A DNA stretch of 64,000 nt from an uncultured Planctomycetia bacterium (GCA_964430735.1 CAYSFB010000002.1:158027-222026), one strand, 5' to 3'; positions 54,654 to 64,000 are shown, numbered from the stretch's first letter. Notes: generated from the letters alone by a model not told the origin. Translations and numbers: made by a program.

Positions 54654-55550
54654 ATGAGACGACTGGGCTACCCCTGCATCAACCGTACGATCCATGCGCT
54701 GGCGGACCGGACGTTCCGGCTGGCCTCGTATTCGGATGAACGGCTCCTGGATACCGCACGCACCAATCTCGAGGCGCTGGAACGATTGGTGGTCTTTAAC
54801 GAGACGCACGATCTGCGGTTCGTTCGAATTTCATCCCAAACCGTGCCGTTTGCCTCCCACCCGGTCTGCCGGATCGATTGGCTGACGCCGCTCCGCCCGC
54901 TCCTCGAGCGCATCGGAACCCGGATGACCGACGCCGGAATGCGCGTATCGATGCACCCCGACCAGTTTGTTCTGATCAATTCACCCGACGACCGCATCGT
55001 CGCCGCAAGTCTGGCCGAGCTCGATTATCACGACCGGTTGCTCACGGCGATGGGTCTGGGCCGGGATGCCAAGATCCAGATTCATGTCGGCGGGGTTTAC
55101 GGAGACAAGGCGGCCGCGGTCGGAAGATTCATCGAGCGCTTCGGGACGCTGCCCGAGGGCGTCCGAAGACGGCTCGTCATCGAGAACGACGAACGGTTGT
55201 TTGGAGTCCAGGACTGCCTGCTGATCTCGGCGCAGACAGGCGTGCCGGTCCTGCTGGACACCTTTCACCACGAATTGAAGGATGACGGAATGACCACGCG
55301 CGAAGCGTTTGAAGCCTGCCGGGTCACCTGGAAGCGGGCGGACGGACTCCCGATGCTCGACTACAGTTCACAAAAACCGGGCGGAAGGTTCGGGGAACAC
55401 GCGCTCACGATCGACGCGAAACACTTCGCGCAGATCATGGCACGGCTTCAGGGATGCGGATTCGATGTTATTTTGGAGATCAAGGACAAGGAAAAGAGCG
55501 CGCTTACCGCGCGGGCGATCCTGGAGAGGATGCGGAAAGACGCGCCTTGA
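54654..55550 (+). CDS. uvdE: UV damage endonuclease UvdE
   Basis: MRRLGYPCIN start. TIM-barrel UvdE signatures: FRLASY, LRFVRISSQTVPFASHP, MHPDQFVLINSP, IQIHVGG, LVIENDERLF. ATG at 54654. Confidence 0.8.
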   Translation: MRRLGYPCINRTIHALADRTFRLASYSDERLLDTARTNLEALERLVVFNETHDLRFVRISSQTVPFASHPVCRIDWLTPLRPLLERIGTRMTDAGMRVSMHPDQFVLINSPDDRIVAASLAELDYHDRLLTAMGLGRDAKIQIHVGGVYGDKAAAVGRFIERFGTLPEGVRRRLVIENDERLFGVQDCLLISAQTGVPVLLDTFHHELKDDGMTTREAFEACRVTWKRADGLPMLDYSSQKPGGRFGEHALTIDAKHFAQIMARLQGCGFDVILEIKDKEKSALTARAILERMRKDAP

Positions 55551-57306
55551 GTTTGGCCTGTTCGGTCCGGAGCTCTTCCGGCAGCCGGTTTCCCGTCTGG
55601 TCAAAAAATACGTCCTGATCCGCAACCTCAGCCAGCCATCCGTCCCGCTCGATGTCGAGCAGGGCGGCGAGCTCCGAGGCGGTCAGCGACAGTCCATTCA
55701 GGTTGAGGTCCTCCGGCTTGGGCAGAAGCCCGATCGGCGTGCGTTCCGCCTCGACCGTCCCCTCCACCCGCCTCAGGATCCATTCAAGCACGCGCAGGTT
55801 GTCGCCGAAGCCCGGCCAGATCACTTTTCCGCGCGCATCCTGCTCGAACCAGTTGACGTGAAAAACCTTCGGGGGTTTGGCGATCCGCTTGCCCATATCC
55901 AGCCAATGCCGGAAGTAGTCCCCGACGTGATATCCGATGAACGGTCGCATCGCCATCGGATCACGCCGCACCACGCCGACTTTTCCCGTCGCCGCGGCAG
56001 TCGTCTCGGAGCCCATCGTGGCGCCGGTGTACACGCCGTGCTGCCAGTCAAACGCTTCGTAGACGAGCGGATCGACATGCGCCCGCCGTCCGCCGAAAAT
56101 GATCGCCGAAATCGGCACCCCCTGCGGGTCCTCCCAATGCGGCGACAGCGTCGGACATTGCGAGGTCGGAGCCGTAAAACGCGAATTGGGGTGGGCCGCT
56201 TTGTCCTTAGAAGCCGGCGTCCAGGGATTGCCGCGCCAATCGGTCGCCTGCGCAGGCGGATCGCCCAAGCCCTCCCACCAGACTTCCTTGCCGGGCGTGA
56301 GCGCCACGTTCGTAAAAATCGTGTTCTTCTGAACCGTTGCCAGCGCCACGGGATTCGTCGCAGGTCCGGTTCCCGGCGCCACGCCGAAGAACCCGGCCTC
56401 CGGATTCACCGCCCACAGCCGGCCGTCCGGGCCGACGCGCAGCCAGGCGATGTCGTCGCCGACCGTAAACGTCTCATAGCCCTTCAGCGCGGGCGGCGGC
56501 TGAATCATCGCGAGGTTGGTTTTGCCGCACTGGCTCGGAAACGCCGCGCAGACATAGTGAGTTTTTCCCTGCGGCGTTTTGATGCCGAGGATGAGCATGT
56601 GTTCGGCCATCCAGCCCTCGCGGCGGCCGAGGAACGACGCGATGCGCAGGGCCAGGCACTTTTTGCCGAGAAGCGCGTTGCCGCCGTACGCGGACCCGAC
56701 GCTCCACACGGCGTTGTCTTCTGGAAAGTGGCAAACCAGCCGCTTCGTTTCATCCAGTTCGGCCATGCCATGGAAGCACTTCGTAAAATCGGCGGATTTG
56801 CCCAGCTGGTCGAGCGCGATGCGGCCCATCCGGGCCATGATGCGCATGCTGAGCGCGACATAAATGGAATCGGTGAGCTGGACTCCGACCTTGCTGAACG
56901 GCGACCGCGCCGGACCCATGATAAAGGGCACGACATAGAGCGTCCGTCCGCGCATCGATCCGCGCAGAATATCCGAACACTTGCGATACCCTTCGGCGGG
57001 GGCCATCCAGTTGTTGGTCGGACCGGCGTCGGACGCCGATTGCGTGCAAATGAAGGTCAGATGCTCGGTGCGGGCGACGTCGTTGGCCTTGGAGCGGTGA
57101 TAAAAGCTCCCGGGATGCCGCACCGGGTCCAGGCGTTCGAAGATACCGCCGGCGACCGCTTCGTTCTCAAACGCGCGGCGCTCGTCTTCGGAACCGTCGC
57201 ACCAGTGAATGCGGTCGGGCTGGCACAGCGCGGCGGCTTCACGCACCCATTGGAGCAGATGCGAATTGTTCGTCAGCTGGGAATTGGTTTCCGGAAGTGC
57301 GGGCAT
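55504..57306 (-). CDS. pckG: phosphoenolpyruvate carboxykinase (GTP)
   Basis: 600 aa. PEPCK-GTP signatures: FPSQCGKTNLAMIQPP kinase-1a motif and YVVPFIMGP. The 3' end overlaps the uvdE 3' end by ~47 bp (convergent). Confidence 0.85.
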   Translation of the reverse strand: MPALPETNSQLTNNSHLLQWVREAAALCQPDRIHWCDGSEDERRAFENEAVAGGIFERLDPVRHPGSFYHRSKANDVARTEHLTFICTQSASDAGPTNNWMAPAEGYRKCSDILRGSMRGRTLYVVPFIMGPARSPFSKVGVQLTDSIYVALSMRIMARMGRIALDQLGKSADFTKCFHGMAELDETKRLVCHFPEDNAVWSVGSAYGGNALLGKKCLALRIASFLGRREGWMAEHMLILGIKTPQGKTHYVCAAFPSQCGKTNLAMIQPPPALKGYETFTVGDDIAWLRVGPDGRLWAVNPEAGFFGVAPGTGPATNPVALATVQKNTIFTNVALTPGKEVWWEGLGDPPAQATDWRGNPWTPASKDKAAHPNSRFTAPTSQCPTLSPHWEDPQGVPISAIIFGGRRAHVDPLVYEAFDWQHGVYTGATMGSETTAAATGKVGVVRRDPMAMRPFIGYHVGDYFRHWLDMGKRIAKPPKVFHVNWFEQDARGKVIWPGFGDNLRVLEWILRRVEGTVEAERTPIGLLPKPEDLNLNGLSLTASELAALLDIERDGWLAEVADQDVFFDQTGNRLPEELRTEQAKLKARLSASSPGSPAR

Positions 57307-57315
57307 AAATCTATT

Positions 57316-58188
57316 CTACCAGCGAATGCGTCCGCCGGCTTCGACCCGCTTCTCGGCGGCGTCCCTCGCAACCCGGACAAAGAGCTCTCCGTTACCGGAA
57401 AATATTTCGCGGGTGACCACGAGTTCGGTCCCGAGCGGCTTGCCGCTTTGGGACCGGAGACTCACGGTGAGCGTCCCTGCTGCGCCGACCCGGAACTCCC
57501 CTCCAAACCTGAGCACGCTCCGGCGCGAACCGGGCCGGTCCAGTTCGAACGACAGCGCCAGATCCCGCCCGACCTTCCAGGCGCCAAACAGCGTCACGGT
57601 TTGCGTTCCCTTGCGTCCTCCCCGGCCGCGGACACGGCCCGAGGCCTCCGCCCCGACCTGGAACCGCATCTCGCCTTTTTTCGCGAGGATGCTCGGTGTC
57701 TGGAATGCACCCCGGAACCGGAACGCGGAATCCGAGTCTCCTCCGAGCGAATAAATGAGATGCCGCCGGTCGGCGATATTCCAATCGCCCTTGAAGACGA
57801 GCTCGTGGGTGCCGCGCTGTCCCCGCCGGCCGCCCCAGGAATAGACGATGTCGTGACCGTCGTTGAGCTTCCAGGTGCTTTTAAAGGTGAGTGTGTTCGG
57901 CCGGCCGGCGGAGCGTTCGATCTCGAAGACGAGCCGGTTCTGTCCGTCGGTTTTCCATCGGCCGGTGAGTTTGACGGTGCGGGTGACGACGGTCTGATCG
58001 TCCTGCGCGGCCGTCCACGCGGCGACGAGCGCGTCCGGCTCGGCCGCGATGATCGGCATCCGGTAGCGGATTTCTTCGGAGCGGCCTGACGCGCGGTATC
58101 CGAGCTCGTGATTCGGCAGAAGCTCCCAGGAACCTTTGAGCGTTTCGCCGTTTTCGATGAGTTCGTTGAACCGCGTCAGACGCGCCAT
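57316..58188 (-). CDS. hypothetical protein with ~40-aa internal beta-strand repeats
   Basis: Repeating units GRWKTDGQNRLVFEIE, STWKLNDGHDIVYSWG, GDWNIADRRHLIYSLG, GAWKVGRDLALSFELD. ATG at 58188 overlaps the upstream radical-SAM stop codon (ATGA). Confidence 0.5.
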   Translation of the reverse strand: MARLTRFNELIENGETLKGSWELLPNHELGYRASGRSEEIRYRMPIIAAEPDALVAAWTAAQDDQTVVTRTVKLTGRWKTDGQNRLVFEIERSAGRPNTLTFKSTWKLNDGHDIVYSWGGRRGQRGTHELVFKGDWNIADRRHLIYSLGGDSDSAFRFRGAFQTPSILAKKGEMRFQVGAEASGRVRGRGGRKGTQTVTLFGAWKVGRDLALSFELDRPGSRRSVLRFGGEFRVGAAGTLTVSLRSQSGKPLGTELVVTREIFSGNGELFVRVARDAAEKRVEAGGRIRW

Positions 58189-59504
58189 CACTTTCCTCCC
58201 GGCTTCGGATTGAAGTACCCGCACCGCAGCTTCGGAAACGCCTTCCGAACCCGCTCGATCGCCTGCTCCATCCCCAGAAGCTCCGGCACGTCGCCCTCGA
58301 GGCCGAGCTCGCGGAAATACCGGATCGGATCGTAATTGAGGTTGCGCCACTGGATCATATCGACGCCCGTATCGCCGATGAACTTCACGAGCGCGTCCGA
58401 TTCCCCGCGGCTGTCGGTGAATCCGGGCATGGAAAGGTAATTCAGGGACACGTATCCGCCATGCCGTTTGGCCGTGCGCACCGATTCGGTCACGTCCGCG
58501 AACGAATACCCCTTGGGCTGGTAATACCGCGAATAATACGGGTCGCGCACGCTGTTGAGACTCACGCGCACGTGGGTCAGCCCTGCGTCAAAAAGGCGTG
58601 CGAGCGCCTCGGGCCGGCTCGCGTTGGAATTGACGTTGATGAAACCCTTGGGGCTCTCTTTTCGAATCAGCCGGATCGCTTTTTCGATGACGTCGGCGGC
58701 GAGCGTCGGCTCGCCTTCGCAGCCCTGGCCGAAGCTGACGACGGGATTGGATTCGTTGGTGAAGTGGTGGAGCGCCAGCTCCGCGATCTCTTCGGGATCG
58801 GGCTTGAACTTGATGCGCGTCTGTGTCGACGGGAAGTCGCGGTTTTCGGGCTGGAGCGAGATGCATCCCTGGCACTGCGCGTTGCAAACGGGGGAGGTCG
58901 GGACGGGCGCTTCGATTCGGCCGAGGAAGAAGTTCTTGGCGTTGGCGCAGCCGTTCACCGTCGCGCAGTTTTCCAGATGCGCGACCAGCCGGTTTTTTGG
59001 AAAAAGCTTTTTCACGCGGTCAACACCGGCGAACACGCCTTCCGGCGAAAGGTATTTTTCGTCGTGGCGCACGTCGCTGTCGACCTTTACCGCCGCGACA
59101 TAGAAGTGCCCCTCGGAAAAAAAGCACGCGCCGTACGCGAACAGCGGCATCGCCTTCGTGCTCTCCGCCGCCTGGACATAGGCCGCGTTATGCGTCAGCG
59201 TGTAACCGGGAGGCACGAATGCCGCCACCGCGAACACCGGCTCCTCGGTCTCGGAATACGGATCGCTGTCGAGCGTCACGCGCTCCCCCGTTTCCGGGTC
59301 GAACCCGACCGGCGAGCGGTCCGGCAGCATAAAAAGTTCGCTCGAATCCGGCAGCTGCACCAGCGGCGCGTCGTCGAGGCCGAAGAACAGCCCCGCCTTC
59401 ATCCCCGCCGGCCTCAAACCCGGAAAGTTATAGACCTTCCCATGCTTGTCGGCAAAAACGAGCTCAAATGGTTTGGTGGACTTTTTTGCAGCGGAGGGTT
59501 TCAT
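58188..59504 (-). CDS. radical SAM domain protein
   Basis: CX3CX2C cluster motif (CNAQCQGC) followed by a glycine-rich SAM-binding segment (SFGQGCEGEPTL). ~200-aa N-terminal domain of unknown function. Confidence 0.65.
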   Translation of the reverse strand: MKPSAAKKSTKPFELVFADKHGKVYNFPGLRPAGMKAGLFFGLDDAPLVQLPDSSELFMLPDRSPVGFDPETGERVTLDSDPYSETEEPVFAVAAFVPPGYTLTHNAAYVQAAESTKAMPLFAYGACFFSEGHFYVAAVKVDSDVRHDEKYLSPEGVFAGVDRVKKLFPKNRLVAHLENCATVNGCANAKNFFLGRIEAPVPTSPVCNAQCQGCISLQPENRDFPSTQTRIKFKPDPEEIAELALHHFTNESNPVVSFGQGCEGEPTLAADVIEKAIRLIRKESPKGFINVNSNASRPEALARLFDAGLTHVRVSLNSVRDPYYSRYYQPKGYSFADVTESVRTAKRHGGYVSLNYLSMPGFTDSRGESDALVKFIGDTGVDMIQWRNLNYDPIRYFRELGLEGDVPELLGMEQAIERVRKAFPKLRCGYFNPKPGGK

Positions 59505-59526
59505 CGGGGTACTTTACATCAAACGA

Positions 59527-59775
59527 CTATGCTTGGGCTACCCGATGCAGGACTTCCGAGACAAATGACTGGTATTTGACCCCAAGCAATCTGGCTTTTT
59601 GCTTGATGCCGTTCAAATCCTGTTTGCTGATCCGGATATGGAGCACGGAATCTTTTTTTCGAGCTTCGATCGCGCGGACGATCTCGGTCATCGCCTTGGG
59701 ATCCGACGGCACATACCGATCGATCTCAGATTCGATCCGACGCTCTTCCGCCGTGAGCTTTATTTTTTTCATCAC
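59527..59775 (-). CDS. brnA: BrnA-like antitoxin (ribbon-helix-helix family)
   Basis: 82-aa protein directly downstream of, and overlapping by 4 nt, a BrnT-like toxin gene. C-terminal RHH-like segment (KQKARLLGVKYQSFVSEVLHRVA). Confidence 0.6.
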   Translation of the reverse strand: MMKKIKLTAEERRIESEIDRYVPSDPKAMTEIVRAIEARKKDSVLHIRISKQDLNGIKQKARLLGVKYQSFVSEVLHRVAQA

Positions 59776-60029
59776 ATCTCCCTCTTGAGATACTTGCGGG
59801 TCATCTTACGACTCGGATACGCGGTTTTGAGCAAAAAACTCCCGTCCCGGATGATGCAAGGCACTGCCCAACAGTACCCATCCCTCAAATAGATGAGTAT
59901 TTGCTGGTTCGACCGGGTGGGGTGCTGAATAATGTCCATGAGCTTGTCATGGATGATCTCATCGAACGATACACCCCGAACCTCTTTTAGCCACTGGCTC
60001 TTTTTCGGATCCCACGCCAAGGCCCTCAT
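59772..60029 (-). CDS. brnT: BrnT-like toxin (DUF497 / RelE-fold ribonuclease toxin)
   Basis: 85 aa. N-terminal W-DP-K-N-like motif (ALAWDPKKSQWLKEVRGVSFDE) characteristic of BrnT. Confidence 0.6.
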   Translation of the reverse strand: MRALAWDPKKSQWLKEVRGVSFDEIIHDKLMDIIQHPTRSNQQILIYLRDGYCWAVPCIIRDGSFLLKTAYPSRKMTRKYLKREM

Positions 60030-60031
60030 AT

Positions 60032-60055
60032 AAGTATACCATTATGTATATACTT
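60032..60055. promoter_or_regulatory. imperfect palindrome immediately upstream of brnT start; candidate operator
   Basis: AAGTATACCATTATGTATATACTT overlaps an AT-rich -10-like region. Typical autoregulation site for RHH antitoxins. Confidence 0.35.
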
Positions 60056-60163
60056 TTTATGGTTCATATGAGCCCCTCCTCCTATCTATATAGACGGACG
60101 AGCGGGCCAAATTTATTCAGATTTTGAGGCGGATTTGAAGATTTTGTGAGCGCTAACGAAAAG

Positions 60164-60406
60164 CTACGCGATCGGGGTCAACGATTCAGCAGGTTCGTCC
60201 ATCACAAGTTCGGCTGCGGGCACACCCGGCATACCTTCGCTGACAGCCGCTTCGATCGGCAGACCGTCGGCGCCGAGAACGGGCGGTACGATCGCAGCCG
60301 TATCGGCGGGTTTGTTGCGCTTGTCCTGGCGTTTCTGCATCTTGCTCAGGCGCTGCTGGCGTCTCGCCTCGTCGCGGGACCGTTTGTTGCGGTTAAACTT
60401 GGACAT
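60164..60406 (-). CDS. small basic hypothetical protein
   Basis: 80 aa with a K/R-rich N-terminus. Strong AAGGAG ribosome-binding site 8 nt upstream of the ATG at 60406. Confidence 0.5.
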   Translation of the reverse strand: MSKFNRNKRSRDEARRQQRLSKMQKRQDKRNKPADTAAIVPPVLGADGLPIEAAVSEGMPGVPAAELVMDEPAESLTPIA

Positions 60407-60430
60407 GGTGCGGTACTCCTTGGTAAATGA

Positions 60431-61327
60431 TCAGATCCTGGCGTCCAGTACCTGCTGCCGCGTCGCACGCTGCAGCGCCCATGTCCACCCCAACTTGCTC
60501 GAAACAAAAATGAACCACTTGCTCGGATCCCAGTGATACCACCGCACGCCGTTGCGGTAGTCGTTCGGGAACCGGTGATGAAAACTGTGATACCCCTCGC
60601 CGCCGGTGAGGAGCGCGCCGATCCAGTTGTCGCGCGCCGACGTCTCGCCGTCGTAGGTCGCATGCCCGAACGTGTGCGCGAACGAATTGATGAAGAACGT
60701 CACCTGGAAGATCACGAACATCCGGCCCGCGACGCCGAACAGCAGCGCCTCCCAGACATTGCCGTACGCAAGACCGATGAGCGCGGGCATCACGACGCCG
60801 AATCCGAGCGCCCACCACTGGAAATGCTTGTGCTGGTGCATCACGAGCTTCGACTTCTCCAGGTCCTTTACATTCGAAAAATCGATGGAGCGGATATAAA
60901 AAAGAATCCAGCCCATGTGCGCGTAGAAAAAACCTTTTTTGATGTTGTAGGGATCGCGCTCGGTGTCGGTGAACTGGTGGTGCGTCCGGTGCAGTGAGGC
61001 CCATTTGAGCGCCGACTGCTGGAACGTGGCGGCGCCCAAAGCGAGCATGACAAACTGGTAGAGGGGGCCGGCCTTGTAGGTCTTGTGCGCGTAGAGCCGG
61101 TGGTAACCGGCCGTGATCGCGGTGACCGTGGCGGCGCACATCCCGAAGAAAAGCCAGGCCGTTTCCGGCCTTATTCCATAAAGAATGAGGTGCAGAGGGC
61201 AGGCGACGACCGCGATCAGAGAGATCGCGACCAAAAAAATGATGCTCGGCCACCGGTTGTGCCGGATTCCGATCGTACAGTCTTTGTCCGGCGGGCTCGA
61301 TTGATTTTGGGCATGAAAAGTCGTCAT
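60431..61327 (-). CDS. desC: acyl-CoA/acyl-lipid delta-9 fatty acid desaturase
   Basis: Three histidine boxes: HRLYAHKT, HRTHHQF, HNNHHRF-like HSFHHRFP. Four TM helices. Confidence 0.85.
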   Translation of the reverse strand: MTTFHAQNQSSPPDKDCTIGIRHNRWPSIIFLVAISLIAVVACPLHLILYGIRPETAWLFFGMCAATVTAITAGYHRLYAHKTYKAGPLYQFVMLALGAATFQQSALKWASLHRTHHQFTDTERDPYNIKKGFFYAHMGWILFYIRSIDFSNVKDLEKSKLVMHQHKHFQWWALGFGVVMPALIGLAYGNVWEALLFGVAGRMFVIFQVTFFINSFAHTFGHATYDGETSARDNWIGALLTGGEGYHSFHHRFPNDYRNGVRWYHWDPSKWFIFVSSKLGWTWALQRATRQQVLDARI

Positions 61328-61395
61328 GATAGGCCACTATAGGCCGATTCCAGACACCTGTATATGAATATAACGGCAGGTCGGGAGAAGGAGCG

Positions 61396-61593
61396 CTATT
61401 CGTCTTCCTGCTTCACGTCGTAGGAGACTTCGCCTTCCCAGTCGATTTCGACCTCGACTTCGATGGGCTTGCAGCACGTCTCACAATCGATCGTGTAGGA
61501 CTGATGGCTCCCCCCGCTGCGATCGACGCTGAGGGTATTCGACGAACGGCAATAGGGGCAGAAAAATTCGTAATCGTCTTCCAGGTCGGACAT
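61396..61593 (-). CDS. CPXCG-type zinc-ribbon small protein
   Basis: 65 aa. CPYC...CETCC cysteine pairs. Confidence 0.55.
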   Translation of the reverse strand: MSDLEDDYEFFCPYCRSSNTLSVDRSGGSHQSYTIDCETCCKPIEVEVEIDWEGEVSYDVKQEDE

Positions 61594-61617
61594 GGCTTCC
61601 TCCGCTTCCCTTGGCTT

Positions 61618-62130
61618 TTAAGTTCGGACGATCTGCGCGTAAGTCCGATCTTCCCGGTCGGCCACGGTGAAGCCCAGCGCCTTCTCGAGCTTGAGGATCG
61701 CGGCCCGCGGCCCTTCGATCTCCGAAAAAAATCCATGTCCTTTGAGCTGATCGACCGTGACCAGGCAGCTTTTGAGCCGATATGTCTCGCGAATCTTGTC
61801 GTAACGCAGCTTGGGCTCGAACCCCAAGCGTGCGAGGATGGGCCGGATCGCATCCGGGTCGACGGCCGTCTCGATCTCGAGCCGCCGCTTCACCGCGCCC
61901 TTGGACGCCGGTCCTTTGTAAGTGAGCAGCGCCTGTTTCGGCCCTGTCTGCCGCACCCGGAGCGCGCACCCGCGCTTCTTGAGCCCGAGCACCGCATGAT
62001 CGTACAGCTCGTTGCGCTCCGAATCGACCGCGAGCCGCTTCGCCCCCAGCTGCTTGAGCCGCGCGCGCAAAGCCTTGGGATCCCGGAGCCGGTACTTGAT
62101 CTCGATTTCGAAGATGCCGTGTTTGGTCAT
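61618..62130 (-). CDS. CYTH-domain protein (class IV adenylate cyclase / triphosphatase-like)
   Basis: N-terminal EIEIKYRL (ExExK CYTH signature). ~170 aa. Confidence 0.75.
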   Translation of the reverse strand: MTKHGIFEIEIKYRLRDPKALRARLKQLGAKRLAVDSERNELYDHAVLGLKKRGCALRVRQTGPKQALLTYKGPASKGAVKRRLEIETAVDPDAIRPILARLGFEPKLRYDKIRETYRLKSCLVTVDQLKGHGFFSEIEGPRAAILKLEKALGFTVADREDRTYAQIVRT

Positions 62131-62146
62131 AGGCCTGATTTTAGCA

Positions 62147-63709
62147 CTAAGACGCGATCATGAGCCCCTCAAAAGCCGCCAACCCCGCCTTCGCCCCCTC
62201 GCCCATCGCGATGATGATCTGCTTGTAGGGCACATTCGTCACGTCGCCGGCGGCGTAGATCCCTTGGACGTTCGTGCGGCATTTGGCGTCGACCAGGATT
62301 TCGCCGAACTTGCTCGTCTCGACGACGCCTTTCATGAAGGCGCTGTTGGGCAACAGCCCGATCTGCACGAAGATGCCGTCCAAAGACTGAACCTTGAGCT
62401 CCCCGGTCGCGCGGTCCTCATACTCCAACCCCGTGACCTTGGCTCCGTCCCCGATCACACGATTCGTGCGCGCGTTCTTGATGATCCGCACATGAGGCAG
62501 CGATAACAATTTATTCACCAGCACCGCATCGGCCTTGAGCTCCGGCATGAATTCGAACACCGTCACCGACTTCACGATCCCGGCCAGATCGATGGCCGCC
62601 TCGATGCCGGAATTGCCGCCGCCGACCACCGCGATGTCCTTGCCTTTGTAGTAAGGCCCGTCGCAATGCGGGCAAAACGCCACCCCGCGGCCGAGATATT
62701 CTTTTTCGCCGGGAACGCCCAGCTCGCGCCACTTGGCGCCGGTCGCGACGACCAGCGCGCGGGCCGCAAGCTCCTCGCCGGAAGTCAGCTTGAGCTTGCG
62801 CGCGTCCACGGCGCCGCCCTCGACCGTCTCGACGCGGCGGTGTTCCAGCACGTCGATCGGGTATTCGGCCAGATGCTTCCCGAGCGCCGCCGACAACTGC
62901 GGGCCCTCGGTGTACGGCACCGAGATGAAGTTCTCGATCCCCTTGGTATCCATCATCTGCCCGCCGATACGCTCGGCCAGGATGGCCGTCTTGAGGCCTT
63001 TGCGGGCCGTATAGATGGCCGCCGTGACGCCCGCCGGGCCTCCGCCGACCACGACCACGTCGTAACGGCCCAGATCCCCCGACCCCGCAGCGCCGGCCGG
63101 CGCTTCGGTCGATCCGAATTCTTTTTCCAACCGCTCGATCAGGTCGATGAGCGCGGCCTTGCCCGAACTCACGAGCTTCTCGCCGCGCAGCACGCTCGGC
63201 ACGCCCTGGATCTTGAGCCGCTCGACTTCGCCCGGGATGAACTCGCCGTCGACCATCTCGTGCGTAAAGTCCGGGTGCAGCACGGCCATCAGATTGAGGG
63301 CCTGCACGACGGCCGGACAGTTTTCGCACGAGAGGGAGACGACGGTCCTGAGCCGCACCGGGCCCTTAAGACGCGCGATGCGGCCGATGATCGCCGGGTC
63401 CGGCATCTTTCCCTTGCGGTCCGCATTCAGAATCGCCAGAACGAGCGAACTGAACTCATGCCCGCCGGGAATGCCGGTGAAGACGATCCCGCTCGCTTTG
63501 CCGCCGGTCCAGACGGCAAAACGCGGATTTTCGGACGGAAGCCCGGAAGGCTCGACGCGAACCATGCCGGAAGCGGCCGACACGTCCGTGAGCATGTCCA
63601 CGAGCTCCTGCTGCTTGGCGTGCCCGGACGCGTCGTAACGGAGCGTCACAGGTTGTTCCAATTTGGCAAAAACTTCACGGAGCTGCTGCTTGATGGTGGC
63701 GTCCAGCAT
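62147..63709 (-). CDS. ahpF: alkyl hydroperoxide reductase subunit F
   Basis: 520 aa. N-terminal thioredoxin-like CxxC (CENCP). FAD motif [10 protein letters not shown]. Redox CxxC (CPHCDG). NAD motif [10 protein letters not shown]. Confidence 0.9.
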   Translation of the reverse strand: MLDATIKQQLREVFAKLEQPVTLRYDASGHAKQQELVDMLTDVSAASGMVRVEPSGLPSENPRFAVWTGGKASGIVFTGIPGGHEFSSLVLAILNADRKGKMPDPAIIGRIARLKGPVRLRTVVSLSCENCPAVVQALNLMAVLHPDFTHEMVDGEFIPGEVERLKIQGVPSVLRGEKLVSSGKAALIDLIERLEKEFGSTEAPAGAAGSGDLGRYDVVVVGGGPAGVTAAIYTARKGLKTAILAERIGGQMMDTKGIENFISVPYTEGPQLSAALGKHLAEYPIDVLEHRRVETVEGGAVDARKLKLTSGEELAARALVVATGAKWRELGVPGEKEYLGRGVAFCPHCDGPYYKGKDIAVVGGGNSGIEAAIDLAGIVKSVTVFEFMPELKADAVLVNKLLSLPHVRIIKNARTNRVIGDGAKVTGLEYEDRATGELKVQSLDGIFVQIGLLPNSAFMKGVVETSKFGEILVDAKCRTNVQGIYAAGDVTNVPYKQIIIAMGEGAKAGLAAFEGLMIAS

Positions 63710-63740
63710 GGTTCGGGTTCCTTCTATTCGGTTCCTGAGT

Positions 63741-64000
63741 TTAGATCTTTCCGACCAGGTCCAGACCGGGCTTGAGCGTGCTCGCGCCGGGCTTCCACTT
63801 GGCGGGGCAGACCTCGTCCGGATGGCTGGCGATGAATTGTGCCGCCTGCACCTTGCGCATGAGCTCGTCCGCGTTGCGGCCGATCCCGTTGTCCTGAACC
63901 TCGGCGAGCTTGATCTTGCCTTCAGGGTTCACGAGGAAGGTCCCGCGGTACGCCAAACCCGCCTCTTCGATATGCACGCCGAACGCGCGCGTCAGATGAC
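63741..64000 (-). CDS. ahpC: peroxiredoxin AhpC (partial; N-terminus beyond window end)
   Basis: C-terminal AhpC sequence ...VCPAKWKPGASTLKPGLDLVGKI. The ORF runs off the window. Confidence 0.85.
   Translation of the reverse strand, partial: HLTRAFGVHIEEAGLAYRGTFLVNPEGKIKLAEVQDNGIGRNADELMRKVQAAQFIASHPDEVCPAKWKPGASTLKPGLDLVGKI

Noticed and set aside
1-64000. Scan for CRISPR arrays, rRNA genes, prophage integrases or restriction-modification cassettes
   Set aside because: No regularly spaced direct repeats, no rRNA-like sequence, no integrase or recombinase motifs and no methyltransferase/restriction pairs were seen. The only mobile features are the REPtron and the brnTA pair.

Overview
High-GC (~65%) bacterial chromosomal segment. 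It is dominated by two paralogous giant genes on the minus strand: 5758..19614 (4618 aa) and 36639..50036 (4465 aa). Both encode signal-peptide-bearing multidomain proteins that are homologous over their N-terminal ~600 aa and are punctuated by a recurring invariant pentapeptide GARLA. Embedded enzyme-like domains are visible directly in the translation. Giant 1 carries a protein-L-isoaspartate O-methyltransferase-like domain and a HemK/PrmC-like methyltransferase domain. Giant 2 carries an FAD/NAD(P) Rossmann oxidoreductase and an aldose-1-epimerase-like domain. Giant 1 is followed on the same strand by a FecR-domain secreted protein, rmlC, tatA and tatC. Between the giants lie a putative outer-membrane protein, a secreted HEXXH metalloprotease, tRNA-Glu, ppa, and a tightly coupled eight-gene signalling operon encoding three histidine kinases and five response regulators, two of which carry a GGDEF domain (one canonical, one degenerate). 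An OmpR regulator, an aminotransferase and a GH94-like phosphorylase follow. Downstream of giant 2 are a tRNA-Leu with an apparent AAG anticodon, a LOV-LuxR (EL222-like) photoreceptor regulator ahead of a membrane protein/SDR-DUF2867/uvdE cluster, pckG, a radical-SAM pair, a brnTA toxin-antitoxin, a desaturase, a CYTH protein and ahpF-ahpC. A REP-RAYT-REP element (REPtron) sits between ccsA and tatC. Many long ORFs on the opposite strand of real genes are GC-skew artefacts and were rejected. All coordinates come from reading the provided sequence and ORF track; no database searches were run.
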